64,000 bases of DNA, from assembly GCA_951406725.2 (NCBI GenBank), contig OX597815.1:62124001-62188000 (forward strand). The letters are read 5' to 3'. Origin of the DNA: Octopus vulgaris. Lineage: Eukaryota. The position numbers and the translations under genes were made by a program. How positions within the stretch are numbered: the first letter of the stretch is position 1; every line of letters begins with the position of its first letter. This document shows, piece by piece, positions 40,499 to 54,844 of this stretch. Below the pieces are notes generated by a model, which saw only the letters and a list, made by a program, of their open reading frames with translations, made no database searches and was not told where the DNA came from.

Positions 40499-43400
40499 TC
40501 TTCCGCGGGCCCTAAAGACCATGTTTGGCGGACAGTTCGACATTTATTTTTCCCCCTGTCTGCCGAGAATGGGCGGTAGTGGCACCGCGGTACTTTTTCA
40601 CAAGAGTCTGGATCTCAAAGTAAGGACAATATTCGTAGACCCGGAGGGTAGACTGGTCGTCCTGGATGTCGACGGCAGCAATGGGTGCGCTTTTCGACTC
40701 GTATCAGTCTACGCACCGCCCTTAACAGGTCGGGCGGATTTCTTTCAACGTCTAGAAGTATTCTTGGGAACGTCTCGTCCTTTACTCTTAGTGGGGGATT
40801 GGAATGCTACCTTGGACACGCATTTAGACTACGTGGGTAGAGATAGGAATAGACGGGGATGCAAATGCCTCAGAGACCTGCTCAGACGCTTTCAATTGTC
40901 TGACAGGTTCCGACTAGACCACCCGAATGCGCCAACATGGACATGGAGCAACAGCATCGGGTCGTCGAGATCGTATCTAGATAGGATACTGTGTAGGACA
41001 GTAGACAGAGATAGCATAGGATGTCCACAATTCCACATAGTCAGCTACACGGATCACAAACTTGTGACATGTACGCTAGACTTAGGTAAGACACTTAGGC
41101 AGGGTCCCGGATACTGGAAACTAAACGCGTCTTTCCCATCGAGACAGGTTTTCAGAGACCGGATTAGCACACTAGTAAAGAGGGCTTTGACGGAAGCCAT
41201 CATCAACAACAAATGGTGGTTTGCCCTCAAGAGAGCAGTAAAAGCAGAAGCGATTAGGTACAGCAAAGCACTAGCCATAGATAGAAATAGAGTAGAGGGT
41301 GAGCTAGTTAAGAAGCTAGAAGAGGCAATTAGAAGCGGCATCGCATCCGACGTTTTGGCGGCGAGGTTGGCCCTCGACCAACACTTCAACGCCAAACACG
41401 AAGGATGTGCTGTCAGAGCTAGGATGCGTGCTCTAAGGAACGAAGGTGTTGGAGCCGCGAGAGAGGCCCGGGTGGCAGAGGCGCAACAGGGCAACAAAGC
41501 CACCATTCGGTCCCTGGTAGATGAACAGGGGCGCGAATTGCTCGAGCCAAGTAAAATGTGTGAGGCCTTTCAGCAGCATTTTGCCCGACTGTTCGGAACG
41601 AGTGGAGGGCAAGAACGTAGGGTGGACTTCAGTGCCTACCTACATAGCCTACCACGACTCTCGACAAGAAAGGCAGGGTGCTGCGAAGGTGCCATCACGG
41701 CGGCGGAAGTGCAGGAAGCGATGGCAGAATGCTCGAGGGACAAATCACCGGGTTTGGATGGTCTACCCTACGAGCTTTACAATTGTATGCCAGACTTGTT
41801 TGGAGATCTCTTGGCGGCGGTGTACTGCAACTGGCAGCAAAACGGGAGCATTCCTGGTTTTGTGAGCCGAGGAGCCGTAACACTGCTGAAGAAAGATCTA
41901 AACAAGGGAAATGTAATAGATAACTTTAGGCCCATCACTCTGCTTAATGCAGACTTGAAAATTTTGGCCAAGGTGCTAGCCAAGAGGTTGGCGCTTGTCA
42001 TCGAGAAACTGGTCGACAAGGCGCAAACATGCGCCGTGCCAGGCCGGACCATCCATGACAACCTCCACCTGATGCGCTACATCATAGACAGGGTAGTTAA
42101 CGAACCTGGCATGGGTGGGGCGCTGATCAATTTGGATCAATCGAAAGCTTTCGATGGGGTGGACCATCGATACTTGGAGGCGGTCCTCGGAGCGGCTGGC
42201 TTCGGTCCCGTCTTCCGCGGCTGGATAGCTGCTTTGTACAGAGGCATCCGTTCGGTAATTCGCGTGAATGGACATCTATCGAGACCCTTCGACATCGCAC
42301 GTTCGGTCCGTCAGAGATGCCCCCTCTCGTCGCTTCTATACGTATTGACTCTCGCGCCATTATTGCGGAAGCTGGCAACCTTGAGAGGCATCCCGCGAGA
42401 ACTGGGATGCGGGACGAGCGTGTCTGCATACGCGGACGACGTCACCGTCATAGTGTCTAGCCACGAGCACATCGAGCAGGTCGGCGAGAAAACTGAAAAA
42501 CTACGAAGCGGTGACAGGAGCGAAAATCAACCGGGAAAAGTCAGTGGGCTTGCGACTAGGCACCTGGAGAAGCAAGCCCATGCCGTCCACCAGCGCCTCC
42601 GTCGTGGGACGCTGGACCGACGGCCCGGTTGAGTTGCTCGGGGTCTGGTTTGGTCCGGACCTCCAAGTGGAGAAGAACTGGAACGAGATAACGAGTAGGG
42701 TGGTCACTCTCGCCCGGCAATGGGCCGAGAGGAAACTGTCCCTAAAAGGTCGGTGGGAGGTGGCGAACACGTACATCGCGTCCGTCATCTACTACCGCCT
42801 GACCGTCGTACCTTGTCCCGACCCTACCATCACCAAACTACAACGCATTCTCTTTCGCTTCTCGTGGAAAGGATGCGTCCCGATGGTCAGGCGATCCATT
42901 TGCTGTCAACACCCGTTAAAAGGAGGGCTGGGCATGCCGTGGTTGATGATGCGCAGACACGCGCTGAGACTGCGACATCTCTGGCTCTATGTAGACGACG
43001 GTGAACAGGTGTGGTCGCCGTTTGTGAGGCACGCTTTCCCGCAGCTCGTCTCCATGACCGAACTGCAGTCGTGGATCAAAAAGAGGCCGAAGAAGGGCGA
43101 ATGGCACCGCGAGTGTCGCGTTGCTCTCAAGCAACTCTGCCGTCCCGGTTCGACCTTGAGTGACTTCAACACAACCAAAGCATTCTATAGGGGTTTAGTG
43201 GAGGGGAGGTACGACGACGAGCTCGGGGCGAACCTGGACGTCGACGAGGAGTACCTGACCCGCCTGTTCAGGACGACTTTCGGGTCAGGGCCCATGGACA
43301 ACTTCCAGAGATCCCTGGCCTGGCAGTGCTACCGAGAAGCGCTACCCGTTCGGGATAAGCTCTACAGACACGGCTCGCGAAACACGGGCCGACCTGCCCG

Positions 43401-43990
43401 AGATGCGGTCAGAGCGACGAAACCGTTCTGCACACACTCGTGCAGTGTCCAACAATTTCCGACCTGTGGGCTTATGTCGAACAACTGCTGTCGCGTGTGG
43501 GACGAGTCGGTTTATCAGCTGAGTCTATCGTCAATATTGTCACGCCTCCCTCCTTCAAACGGGAAGGAAGAGCTATTTTCATCATCCTTGTGGCTATGGC
43601 GAAAGAATGTATCTGGTGGACGCGTCTGAAAGGATTAGAGACAAACACTTTCCTCTCTGGTCAATCTCTCATCAACTTCTTCAAGTACCACTTGAAAAGG
43701 AAAGTGAGAGTAGAGAGGCAAGTTTTGTCTAGCGAATGTTTCAAAAAAAGATGGGTGAATGTAGCAAGAATGGCACGTATGAATGACGAAACCACCTTGA
43801 GCATGATCCTATGAACCCAGAAATTGAAAACAGAGAGTTGCTTATTCGCAAAAAAAAAAAAAAAGAAATATAACATGTGACTCCATTGACCGAGGTTACC
43901 GTGGTCTTTTCCGGTCTTTTCCTTCAAAAGAAAAGCTCTACCTTGTAATTTGTTCTATCTGTGTGCAGCCCTGTGTGGCTAATAAAGAAA
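40499..43990 (+). mobile_element. Tx1/L1-clade LINE ORF2 (APE endonuclease + RT + CCHC), two frameshifts, within (TCTA)n
   Basis: EN motifs: GTAVL, VSVYAP, VGDWN, YLDRI, TDH. Also GPGYWKLN. RT motifs: KSPGLDG, NFRPITLLN, DQSKAFD, RQRCPLS, YADD. Frameshifts near 42490 and 43390. Ends AATAAAGAAA. Confidence 0.92.
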
Positions 43991-43994
43991 CATA

Positions 43995-44074
<80 letters not shown>

Positions 44075-44090
44075 ACTATCTGTCTGTCTC

Positions 44091-44153
<63 letters not shown>

Positions 44154-45399
44154 GTCTACCTGTTTATTTTTCTTTTTTCGTTCTTTCTCTTTCTGTATAT
44201 ATATATATATTGAGAGAAGTGTATTCCCGCGCAATAAAGAATGTAGGAGAGTTGGTGTGTGTGTTTGTGTGTGGGGATGGGTAAAAATACGCGTGAGTCC
44301 TACCTAAGATGTGTTGTTTTAAAATTTTGTTACAAATTTATTAAAATACCGAGCCAGTTCCGACAGTTTTCTGTTCTTTAATGGTAAAAAAATGTCAAGT
44401 GAGTTTGAAGGAACAAGCAAAAATTCGGAAAAACATGCTTAAAAGATCACATGCTCGTACAAATTCCAATATTCAATAAGTTTCACAGAAATAGACAGTA
44501 ATTACAAATTCTAATGCTCAATGAATTTCCTAACAGTCATACATGATTGTAAGTTCAGTAACTTTGAGTGATATTAACAATTAGATCGATGAAGTTTTGA
44601 AAGAGTAAGATGGTTTTGCTGGTTTTAAACTAAAATTGCTTTGTATGTATAAATTTTTAAGGTAAAGGTTCATGCTTTGGTAAGTTGTAAATTTAATGAC
44701 GTCACTTGTTTTTGTCTGCCTGTGGTCTAGTATTTTTGGCTGAATATGTCACTTGTTTTTCGGATGTTCTGGTCACATATATTGGTTCGGCAGAAGTCCT
44801 ACGTTCTGATTGGTTGACTTCCTGGTGACGCAATTTGTTTATCGACTATTTTGACCAGTAGAGATCTGGCTGGTTGATTTTCTGCATCGTTTGTTTTTTG
44901 CCAAAGGTCTTGGCAACTTGCTTTTGTCATACTGTCGTCCAGCATTCCAGCTTATTGATCCCCCTAAGAAGCAACTGGTCTCGGTCAGCTCAATGTTTAT
45001 TTGTTTTTCCATGAGGGTCCGGTTTTAACTAGAAAAAATTTCTGACGGGAGCAAGTGGTGTTTGAGAAGGTGCAACATGTTATTGTACAGCAGTTTGGAG
45101 TCAACGTTTTGAATCCTCAAGAGAGCCCATCACTTAAACTTTTGGTTTATGTCTGCTGTTTCCAGTGGCTTTTCGTGAATAAATTGAATTTCTCATTCTC
45201 ATTTATCTTTTGAGCATGTTTTTCCCAATTTTCTCTTGTACTTTCAATCACCCCCAAAAGCTTTAGTTTTCCATTGAAAAACAAAAATGATCGAAACTGG
45301 TTTGGTATTTTAATAAATTGATTACAAACTAAAAAAAAACTACAACATGATTTAAGACTCAGTTGCACCGGCTAACCAGCTCTCCTATATTCGTTTGTT

Positions 45400-45805
45400 C
45401 TTTTACTTGTGTTATTCATTTGACTGCGGCTATGCTGGAGCACCAAGTCGAACAAATTGACTCCAGGAACTATTTTTGAAGCCTAGAACTTATTCTATCC
45501 GTCTGTTTTGCCGAACAACTAAGTTACGGGGACGCAAACACACCAACATCGGTCGTCAAGCGGTGATGGGGGTACAAACACAGACACAAAGAAACACATA
45601 CATAGATATATGCACACACACACACACACACACACACATACATACATACATACATGCATATACGACGGGCTTCTTTAAGTTTCCGTCTACCAAATCCACT
45701 CACAAAGCTTTGGTCGGCCCAAGGCAATAGGAGAAGACACTTGCCAAGGACTGAACCCGGTACCATGTGGTTGGGAAGTATTTTCTTACCACACAGTAAC
45801 GCCTG
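45400..45805 (-). mobile_element. SINE family A copy
   Basis: Similar to 4843-5246. Confidence 0.85.
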
Positions 45806-48564
45806 CCCCTTATACATTTTGGACACATGCACCCACACACATAAACACAAACATATAAGAGTTACTTCATTTACTTCCAGTTTTTTTTTTAAATATGCAA
45901 ATTAACTTAGCCGTAAATGTATTGCATGCTTTTTGTATAAATCTGTGCCCGTTGGCAACTGGAGATGAGTTAGGACAATTTTCTCGGTGCTAATATCTCT
46001 TTCTATGACTGTCCTCTTTAGTTTTCCATTGAAAAACAAAAATGATCGAAACTGGTTTGGTATTTTAATAAATTGATTACAAACTAAAAAAGTGAGTTTG
46101 TATAAATACAAGACTTTTTCCTGAACGGCATGCCAACTTTACAGAATTCTTGAGATTATTCCTCCTTCTCAAATGTAGATAGTCTTAATTGCCATTTCGT
46201 AATTATTGTACATCGTCTAGAGGCGGGGATAACTTTTAATAAATCAAGAATTTAAGTCGTATGGTATTTCATATACCTGCATCTTTGTATGTTGTTCAAA
46301 TACATGCCACTCACCACTCTGAGTTACTTCTCTTAATCCATTTATATCTACTTCATTCACACATATCGAAAGACAAGTATTATAGAGTAGAGTTAAAGTG
46401 GGATATACTGAATGTAGTCGTTAGTATATTCTTACTTTGTTGAATCCGAGGCAAATAACCTAATATTTTTTAAAGACAATTTGAAATGTATGAAACACTT
46501 GACATCTGTTTACTTTTAGTCACGCTGAGAAAAGTAAACAAGGAGCTGTTACATAGCAGGCTGGTTATATTTCTCGATGGCAAAGCAAAAGAGCTCGATC
46601 TGACTAGTTTTAGAACTATTAAACTGTGATTAGATATTGCTTCCTTATTTTTTGCTGTTGGCCAATTTATTTCTGTCTGAGTTTGTGTAGAATAAGCTAT
46701 GAATAGCAATCACTGTGGACAGAAAATAAGTGACGTAGTAGTTTAAAATTATTTGAAATAGATATATTTTTCTGGTTATAGAGAGAAAACCTTTCATGTC
46801 ACACTTAAAAAAATTATTTTGCAATGAAACGAAATTGTGTATCAACTAAAAACATACGCTGATTAGGTTTGATTTACAGTTCAAATCATCCTAAAATACA
46901 CTGTCTTATACTCCTAATAATTAATCAATGAATATTACACAAATTGGGTAGACCAATATCGTTTTGTCTAAGTTTGTGTACACTATAAATAGCTATGCAA
47001 TTTTATTTTCTCTGTGACCAGAAGATGAATATGCGAACTCTGATGAAACTTAAATAAAAGTTGAAACTAGTCAAATTGATCTCATGTTATAATTGAATAA
47101 TAATAATTTCTAACATAGGTACACGGACTCTGATTACGAGCGAGGAAAAGGAGGAATATTGTCGATTCATCTTTCATCTCGCATTAATCACTGGTCCTAG
47201 TTTTATAGTTTAAAGCAGGATGGGATGGGGTGGGGTGAGGCGAAGGGTCTACCAACTTAAAGAGATGTGGCTTAATGCCATAATAATATTGGGTTAATAA
47301 TAGAATTTCTTAAAAACAAAGCAGAACAAAAAGCAAAACAAAAGCAAAACAATAGTATCAACTTAATTACAATAAATGAATTAAAACGACGTCGCTTGAA
47401 GATGAAGATGACGACAACAACGATGATGATGATGAAGATGAGGACGATGCTGTTGCTGGTGCTGGTGCTGATTATCGTAATTATTGTTATTATTATTATT
47501 TTTCATTTTTTCCTCAGAAGGCAAAACACAGGTATATGATGCGGTAAGACCCAGAAAGCTAGAACTGTGCTAGTTAACTTATCCTGTGGTGTGATGGCAA
47601 CAGCAGAAAAGAAAAGAAAGAAAAGTGACAAATGTGTCGGTATTTGTATAACGCACAAAGAACACACACTTATCGCTATATTCACACATACATACATACA
47701 CACACACACATATTTTTGTGTTTGCTTCATAAAAATTTAGAATCTTCGAGAGATGTGAAAAGAATTCGTTTTTAACTGTATAATTCTAAGTCGATAAAGC
47801 AATAAAAAATAGCATATAGATATTTGGAAAGAAAAAAGTCGAAAGCTGCCCATGAGGTTTCAACTTATATTTTCTGTACACATGACAGACGTTCTATCAT
47901 TGGACCAAATAAATCTTTCGATTTTCTTCATTCACTTCAGATTTGTTCTTACCAACAAGAACTGTAACTGTTGACGTCATAAGATTTTACAATCTTTGAG
48001 AGATGTGAAATATTCCTATCGTTGGTAAGAACAAAAACTTACTGGTATAAAATAAAATAAAAAAAAACTCAATACTTGAAGAAGTGTGCTATATTCTTTC
48101 CTGTGATGGCCAATGCTATTTTAAATGTCCATCGATTCATTTTAGCTTTTGGGGAATGCACTGATAGATTCAAGCCGAAAACAAATGAGAAACTACGTTT
48201 TTGATATTCAGTGAATGTATGTGGTGGTGGCTACGGACTGCTCCCTTCAGTAACGTTGTTGCCAAATCTGTTCGGTTTCAACCAGTGACACTGTACCAGA
48301 GCTAACGCTTTGCTTTCATCTCTGAATCTGCTGCAAGTCACTCAAACAATCAAAGTTTTTGGCAGGAATGGGAGGAATCGCGTCTGATTCTCTGACTGTC
48401 TCTTTGTATGTGTGTATGTATGTATGTATGTATGTATGTATGTATGTATGTATGTATGTATGTATGTATGAAGGTATGTATGTATGTATGTATGTATGTA
48501 TGTATGTATGTATGTATGTATGTATGTATGTATGTATGTATGTATGCATGCATGTGTGTATATG

Positions 48565-48595
<31 letters not shown>

Positions 48596-48659
48596 CTGTG
48601 TATTTGTATTAGTATCATTAGTATCTCTCCCTCTCTCTTTCTCTCTTTCTCTCTTTCTT

Positions 48660-48702
<43 letters not shown>

Positions 48703-50624
48703 AACGCACACAATAATCGGATTTGTTTTTTTCAGGGTCATTTCTATAAACAATTGTTTAAATTTTTGTTCGTATGGATAATATCAATAAAATGGAATTT
48801 GGCTCGAATTACACAGAATCAATTTGGACGGCTAAATAGCTGAACCAGTGTGCCGTGTAAAGCGAGGGAGAAACCGTATTCACTTTTTATTTTGACTTAA
48901 GGTCAAGTGAGAAAAACTTGTGGGGCTAACTTTGTCCTCACCTATCATCTTGAAAATAGTCAGATGTCAACGAATGTACCTAATGACCAACGTCACTTAT
49001 AAAACAAAACAAAACGTAGTGTCTTGAAAAAGTAGTGTATAAAAAAAAAAGAAAATAACCTGCATAAAGAAGTATATAAAACTAAATGAAAATAAGCAAC
49101 AACAATAGTGGCAACAAGAACTTCAAATGTGAACATTTTTAGTTTCCAGGTAGAAATGTGAATGTACTTATTTGCCTTTCGGAAATCAGTTATAAAATAT
49201 CAGATGGCAATTGGTCGGTGATGTGAAATAGGATGAGAGGGATAGAAGGAGATCTAAAAAGAGAAAAGGGAAAGATAGAGTTAGAGAGCGAGGGAGGAGA
49301 CACCAAGAGATAGAAAAAAAGTAGTAGAAGGTGATCGACAAGATCCATTTTTATGTGAGAATGTTGGCATAGATTATAGAGGAGCTGTTTTTTCCAGAAC
49401 ATATTTGATTGAACAGACATACGATCAAAGGCAGTCCAGCCATGACCTTTCCATTTTTTATTTAGGCTTAGTTTATCTAGGACTTCAGCACTTCTTTACA
49501 TTTCTTAAGACGTTGGGATTGAGATGAAAAGGTTGGTTTGTCTGTTCTTTCTAACAGATCAAACAATCATATTGGGACTTTTAGAGCAATAATAAAACAT
49601 TCATACCATACGGCACCTCCATTAATGGGGGTAATGATTTTCTAAGTTTTGTATTTACTTTATTTTTGCTTTCTTGGTATCCATTGTTTAAGTCCCAGTT
49701 CGTCATCAGAATTTCCATTTATCTGAGAACTTTACAATACTGGTCCAGCATACGGCTTTAAACTATGTTCGATAGTGGAGCCTTTGTTAGGGAATCCCAG
49801 GGTTTCGAGGAATGTAGAATAACCTCTTAGCGACTATTGTTCTCACATCTACTCTGATTCTTTGTAGTGCCAATCAGGTACTGGTATGTCACTCACAGAC
49901 TTTTCAGCGGTCCAGGACAGCTGAGGCCATTTAGCGCTTTAGCTGCACATCTAAGATAAAGTAACTTCATACAAATCGTACTTTCTGATAACTTTTGAGC
50001 TCGTGGTACTTGTTGCACAAAGCCACACAAGTTTGAAGGACGGGCAAGTGAGACTGGCTCAGCACAAACCATGCTCAGTATAATAATATTCAATGTGTGG
50101 GTTGTTCGAGTAACCAGGACACCAGCACAATCAAATCACACTTTCTTCATAAGTCCAGTAGCAATAGGGAAAGAGATGACGAGAATAGGTAAATGACGCT
50201 ATTAGAAGTCAGCCTTAGACGTCTGTACACAGACGTCTATAGGGTGATCATTTCCCACAGGCCTGGCTGTCTGTTGTTGAACCATCATTCGTTGCAGCGA
50301 CGGGAAAGTCCGCCATCTTAAACAGACAAAAACATGTAACTGCTTATTGACTGCAAAAAAAAAAAAAAAAAAAAAAAAAAATCGAGCTGTTATTTCACTA
50401 GCATGTAAATTAACTGAGAAATTTGTTCTTGACTTTATAAAAAATGTCTCCCTTCCTTCTTGTGACCCACTAACAGTTACTATAGTCTTTTATATTTAGT
50501 TCAAGAAAACATAATTAAAAAATTGAGAATTCATCAGGGCAATTGTAATTTTCAGTGTTATATATAGGAATAGCTGTTGTTACAGGGCCGTGAACGACTG
50601 GTTTGATATTGGTAGCTGTTATTA

Positions 50625-50677
<53 letters not shown>

Positions 50678-50819
50678 GTTATTATTGTTGTTGTTGTTGT
50701 TGTTGCTGCTGCTGTTGTTGCTGTTGTTTTTGTTGTTGTTGTTGTTGTTGTTATATGTATATATGTATGCATGTATACAATATATATGTATACTTGCGAT
50801 ATATAAAAATAAATGCGCC

Positions 50820-51055
50820 CTTTTAAAGCGTAGCCAGGCTCATGAGCCCGGTTTCCTGGTTTCTATGGCGTATGTGTTCCCCCAGCTGGACGGGATCTAT
50901 TACAGCGTTACTCATTTTTGCCAGCTATGGAGACTGGAGCAACGTGAAATGAAGTGTTTTGCTCAAGAACACAACACGTCGCCCGGTCCAGGAATCGAAA
51001 CCACAATCTTACGATCATGGTGCTGACACCCTAACCACTAAGCCACACGCCTCCA
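50820..51055 (-). mobile_element. tRNA-derived SINE (family B)
   Basis: Minus-strand head GGAGGCGTGTGGCTTAGTGGTTAGGG..GGTTTCGATTCCTGG with A and B boxes. Confidence 0.75.
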
Positions 51056-51167
51056 CATACTAGCGATATACACATACATTTTCCAACTTATATATAACTT
51101 TACACAAAACAAACATTAATATTAATATGTGTATGTGTATGTGTGGGTAGATTATCATCATCATTAT

Positions 51168-51209
<42 letters not shown>

Positions 51210-51546
51210 TCTAGCTAGTCAGTATCATTATACAAAATCTACGAAAATATTATTCCGTCCCCCTTCCCCTACCGTTCAACTGTACCAAAGTGACCTAGTA
51301 AAGGTCACTTTGGTACAGTTGACAGGAAATGGATACAGGTTTGAAATGCCACTATCTTTTACGAAACGAAAGAAATGAAAACGTCATGAACTTCTCCTTC
51401 TCCACCTGCTCCCCTCCTCCTCCTACGACAAGAACAAAAACGACAACAACAATAACAATAACAAAGACAACAAAAATAGTGTCTTGTTTTCTAAAAACGT
51501 TTTTACTACAACTCATAACCACCAACGCATCCTTCACCAGTACAAA

Positions 51547-51577
<31 letters not shown>

Positions 51578-51802
51578 ACCACCACCACAACCACCACCAC
51601 CATTATCATCTCAACTGCAGCCGTCACTTCTGCTGCTGCTGCTACTCCTTCTCCTCCTCCTCCTCCTCCTCCTCCTCTTACTACTACTACTACTACTACT
51701 ACTACAATAATTTTCGCCAAAAATATCTATCCCTCTCCCCCGCCAATTATTGCAGTGACCACGGTGAACATGTCAGACCAGCACTATATCACTCTCACTA
51801 AG

Positions 51803-52010
51803 ACGGTGAGCTGGCAGAAACGTTAGCACGCCGGGCAAAATGCTTAGCAGTATTTCGCCTGCCGTTACGTTCTGATTTCAAATTCCGCCGAGGTCAAATT
51901 TCGGGGTCGATAAATTAAGTACTAGTTACGCACTGGGGTCGATATAATCGACTTAATCCGTTTGTCTGTCCTTGTTTGTCCTGTCTGTGTTTGTGGGTAG
52001 TAAAGAAATA
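51803..52010 (+). mobile_element. tRNA-derived SINE (family C) with a LINE-like tail
   Basis: Head gagctggcagaaacgttagc..gatttcaaattcc; body tcggggtcgataaattaagtac; tail tttgtcctgtctgtgt..taaagaaata. Confidence 0.75.
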
Positions 52011-52068
52011 ACTATATCACTCTCACTACCACCCCCAGCACTACCATTTCATCACCAGCCAGCATCGT

Positions 52069-52130
<62 letters not shown>

Positions 52131-52289
52131 GTACTACTACTACTACTACAATGACGACTATAACCACTTTCGCCGTCACCGCTAACCTTATCCACCGATT
52201 ACTACCACCATATCGACTACTACCACCACCGTCACCACGATCCTCTTCACCACTACCATCAACACCACGATGGCAAAAACGGTCCCACC

Positions 52290-52750
52290 TCCTGTTTTCT
52301 CTCGGTAGTTGCTATGGCGAAAGAAGTTGTATGGAAGACGAGAGCGAAAGGAATTGCAACAGGCATGTTTATCTCCAGTCTCGAGCTCATTGACTTTTTC
52401 GTTTTCCCCATGAAACGGAAAATAAGGCTAGAGAAGAAATGCCTGTCGCAAAGTGTGTTTCGTAAAAGATGGAAGTCTATAGCAAGTGTGTTGCGAGTGA
52501 AAGAACCTGTCTAAACGAGAATATGAAAAGGACAAAGCAAAGTCTTCAGTGTGAGTATGTGGTTTGTGGGGGTCGACCGCGTCCTCCGCTTCATTGTTTG
52601 TAAATCACTCATTCTCATTTAATTGTATATATTTTAATTGTTTGTTTATTCATACGTTTTGTTTCATTCGATACCCTGACACCAATGTTTGTTTTGTCTG
52701 TCCTCGTATCGTCCCCTCTTCTTCTCAAACTCATGGTTAATAAAGAAATT
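52290..52750 (+). mobile_element. 3' fragment of a diverged Tx1-like LINE subfamily
   Basis: VAMAKEVVWKTRAKG..KRKIRLEKKCLS..FRKRW aligns with VAMAKECIWWTRLKG..KRKVRVERQVLS..FKKRW. Ends aataaagaaa. Confidence 0.75.
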
Positions 52751-52835
52751 AACTGTATGGATATAAATGTCACTGGATTTACTTCAGAAATTCTTTCGTG
52801 TCCGTAGAGTTTATAAAATATTAAAGAAAATGTGA

Positions 52836-53955
52836 TTCACGAGATTCTTTATTATTCACTACAGTTGTTTCGACCCACCGTGCACCGGTCTCTCGCGGGT
52901 GAGATGCTATACAAACAACTGTTGTGCATCATTGGTGCAGATGTGTCTCATGAGGTGAGTTATCAAAACGTACCTCATTTTTTAATGTTTCCCTTTCTAC
53001 TAGAATAATTTTGGTTGTTGTGTTACTCTTTTGCGTGAGAAACACACTATACATGCACATTACATATTACACATACATACATATATATGTGGATGGATGT
53101 CTAATGTGTATATGGTTCCTTTAATTTGGGTAGACACCTTCTAGCATTACATTAAGTCTTCCTGTAAGGAAGGAGCTGGTTTCTAACAAAGATACACAGC
53201 CAAATTGTTGGAATGTAAATAGAAACAAATTCACATTTCGAACTTGAGAGAAGTCTTACATGGGAAGAGAAGTCTTTCCACTTACACATTGTATTTGTAA
53301 TGTTCGAGTTATCTGGTTGGTATCTCTCTCCTGAAAACCCTAGCTTTTCCAGTATTTGAGGTGCACTTTAGGATTTTGCTTTAACAGAAATACGTAGATC
53401 TTGGGGTTTGTCGATATCTGAATTTACTGGTTTCTGTATATTGCATATATGCATGTGTATATGTGTGTGTGTATGTGCGGTTAAACTTAAACTCGTGTAA
53501 CGGGTCTCCATATCACTTTAGTAAATAGGTCTGTATGCTTCATAACTGCTTATGTAATGTGTATGTATGTCTGGGTGTGTTCTATATGTATTTATGATTG
53601 TGTGCATCTGCTCAAACCATTAACAGCAAATGCAAAACTCCTCCATTGGTTTTACAAATTTTCACTGTAACTAACTGATTCTATTTGGAAAACACGAATG
53701 CTTTTTGGGCGAACTCCATCATTTCTTTGTTTTTATGTAAATTCGTTGTTACACAAACCAGTGCGCATGTGTGAATAGATAGAAATGAACATATATGGTC
53801 AGAGAAAATGTATGTATGAACGTCCATATAAGTATATATATATGAATATAAATACATAAGATGCACCACTACTATTTGTATAGCATCTCACCCATGTGCG
53901 ACCGGTGTACGCCGGGTCGAAACAATCGTAGTGAATAATAAATCATCTCGTGAAT
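52836..53955. repeat. ~80-bp inverted repeat pair (52836-52915 / 53875-53955), each arm with a hammerhead-like motif
   Basis: Both arms read tcac-[8-nt core]-gacc..ggtc-gaaac-aaNN-gta-gtgaataataaa. Confidence 0.65.
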
Positions 53956-54013
53956 TTCAATATATATATTGTATGCATGTACACACACACACGCGTACAT
54001 ATATATGTGTATG

Positions 54014-54045
<32 letters not shown>

Positions 54046-54111
54046 CATACATACATACATACATACATACATACATACATGCATACATACATACATACAT
54101 ACATACATACA

Positions 54112-54147
<36 letters not shown>

Positions 54148-54546
54148 TATATTATTCAAAGAAATTCCAACTCTGTTTTTTATGTTTTATTTATATTCTT
54201 TATAATATTAATATAGAATATAGAATATATAGTATAAGTAATATACATATATAGTAAAATGAAATATTGATTGTCTTATTGAATAGATGAAATATTGAAT
54301 ATAAAATATTAAGGGACTAGTATATACTTTCTTACTTTATAGCAGTCGGATCTTTTCCTTTTGAACGGCACATGTCAACATAATTTCTAGTTAACTAAAC
54401 ACTTTTAAACTTCGTATACTGGTAGAATGTGTTTATAAAACATATTTTCTTGGCTTTATTGAGAAAATTCTATAGCTTGTGAGATATTTCAACTTTAATT
54501 GGGTGGTTTAACTAAACAACTTTAAGGCAAATTTATAGACGCCACG

Positions 54547-54732
54547 AAAGTGACAGAGGGTATAATGTTGTACTGGTATTGCTAGAAATAAGAGTCAATA
54601 CGGCTCATTAGCCACTAAAGCACTATCAAGGGGGTCAAAGCTCCCTACGGAGATAGTGCACTTGTAAATAATGAGTTGTTTTGACTCTTATTTCTAGCAA
54701 TGCCGATACCACTTTGTATCCTCTGTAACTTT
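54547..54732. mobile_element. Palindromic MITE/foldback-like element
   Basis: aaagtgacagagg..attgctagaaataagagtcaa..gcactatc mirrored by gatagtgc..ttgactcttatttctagcaat..cctctgtaacttt. Confidence 0.7.
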
Positions 54733-54844
54733 AGTGACATCTCTCTCTATCCTTCCCCCTCTTTCCTTTTCCCCTTCTCTCTCTCTCTCTCTAGAGAGAG
54801 AGAGAGAGAACTCGTTTTCGTTCATTCTTTCTATTTCCTCTTAT

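Noticed and set aside
50985-51055. tRNA genes at SINE heads
   Set aside because: A and B boxes are present but there is no complete cloverleaf, and each continues into a SINE body.
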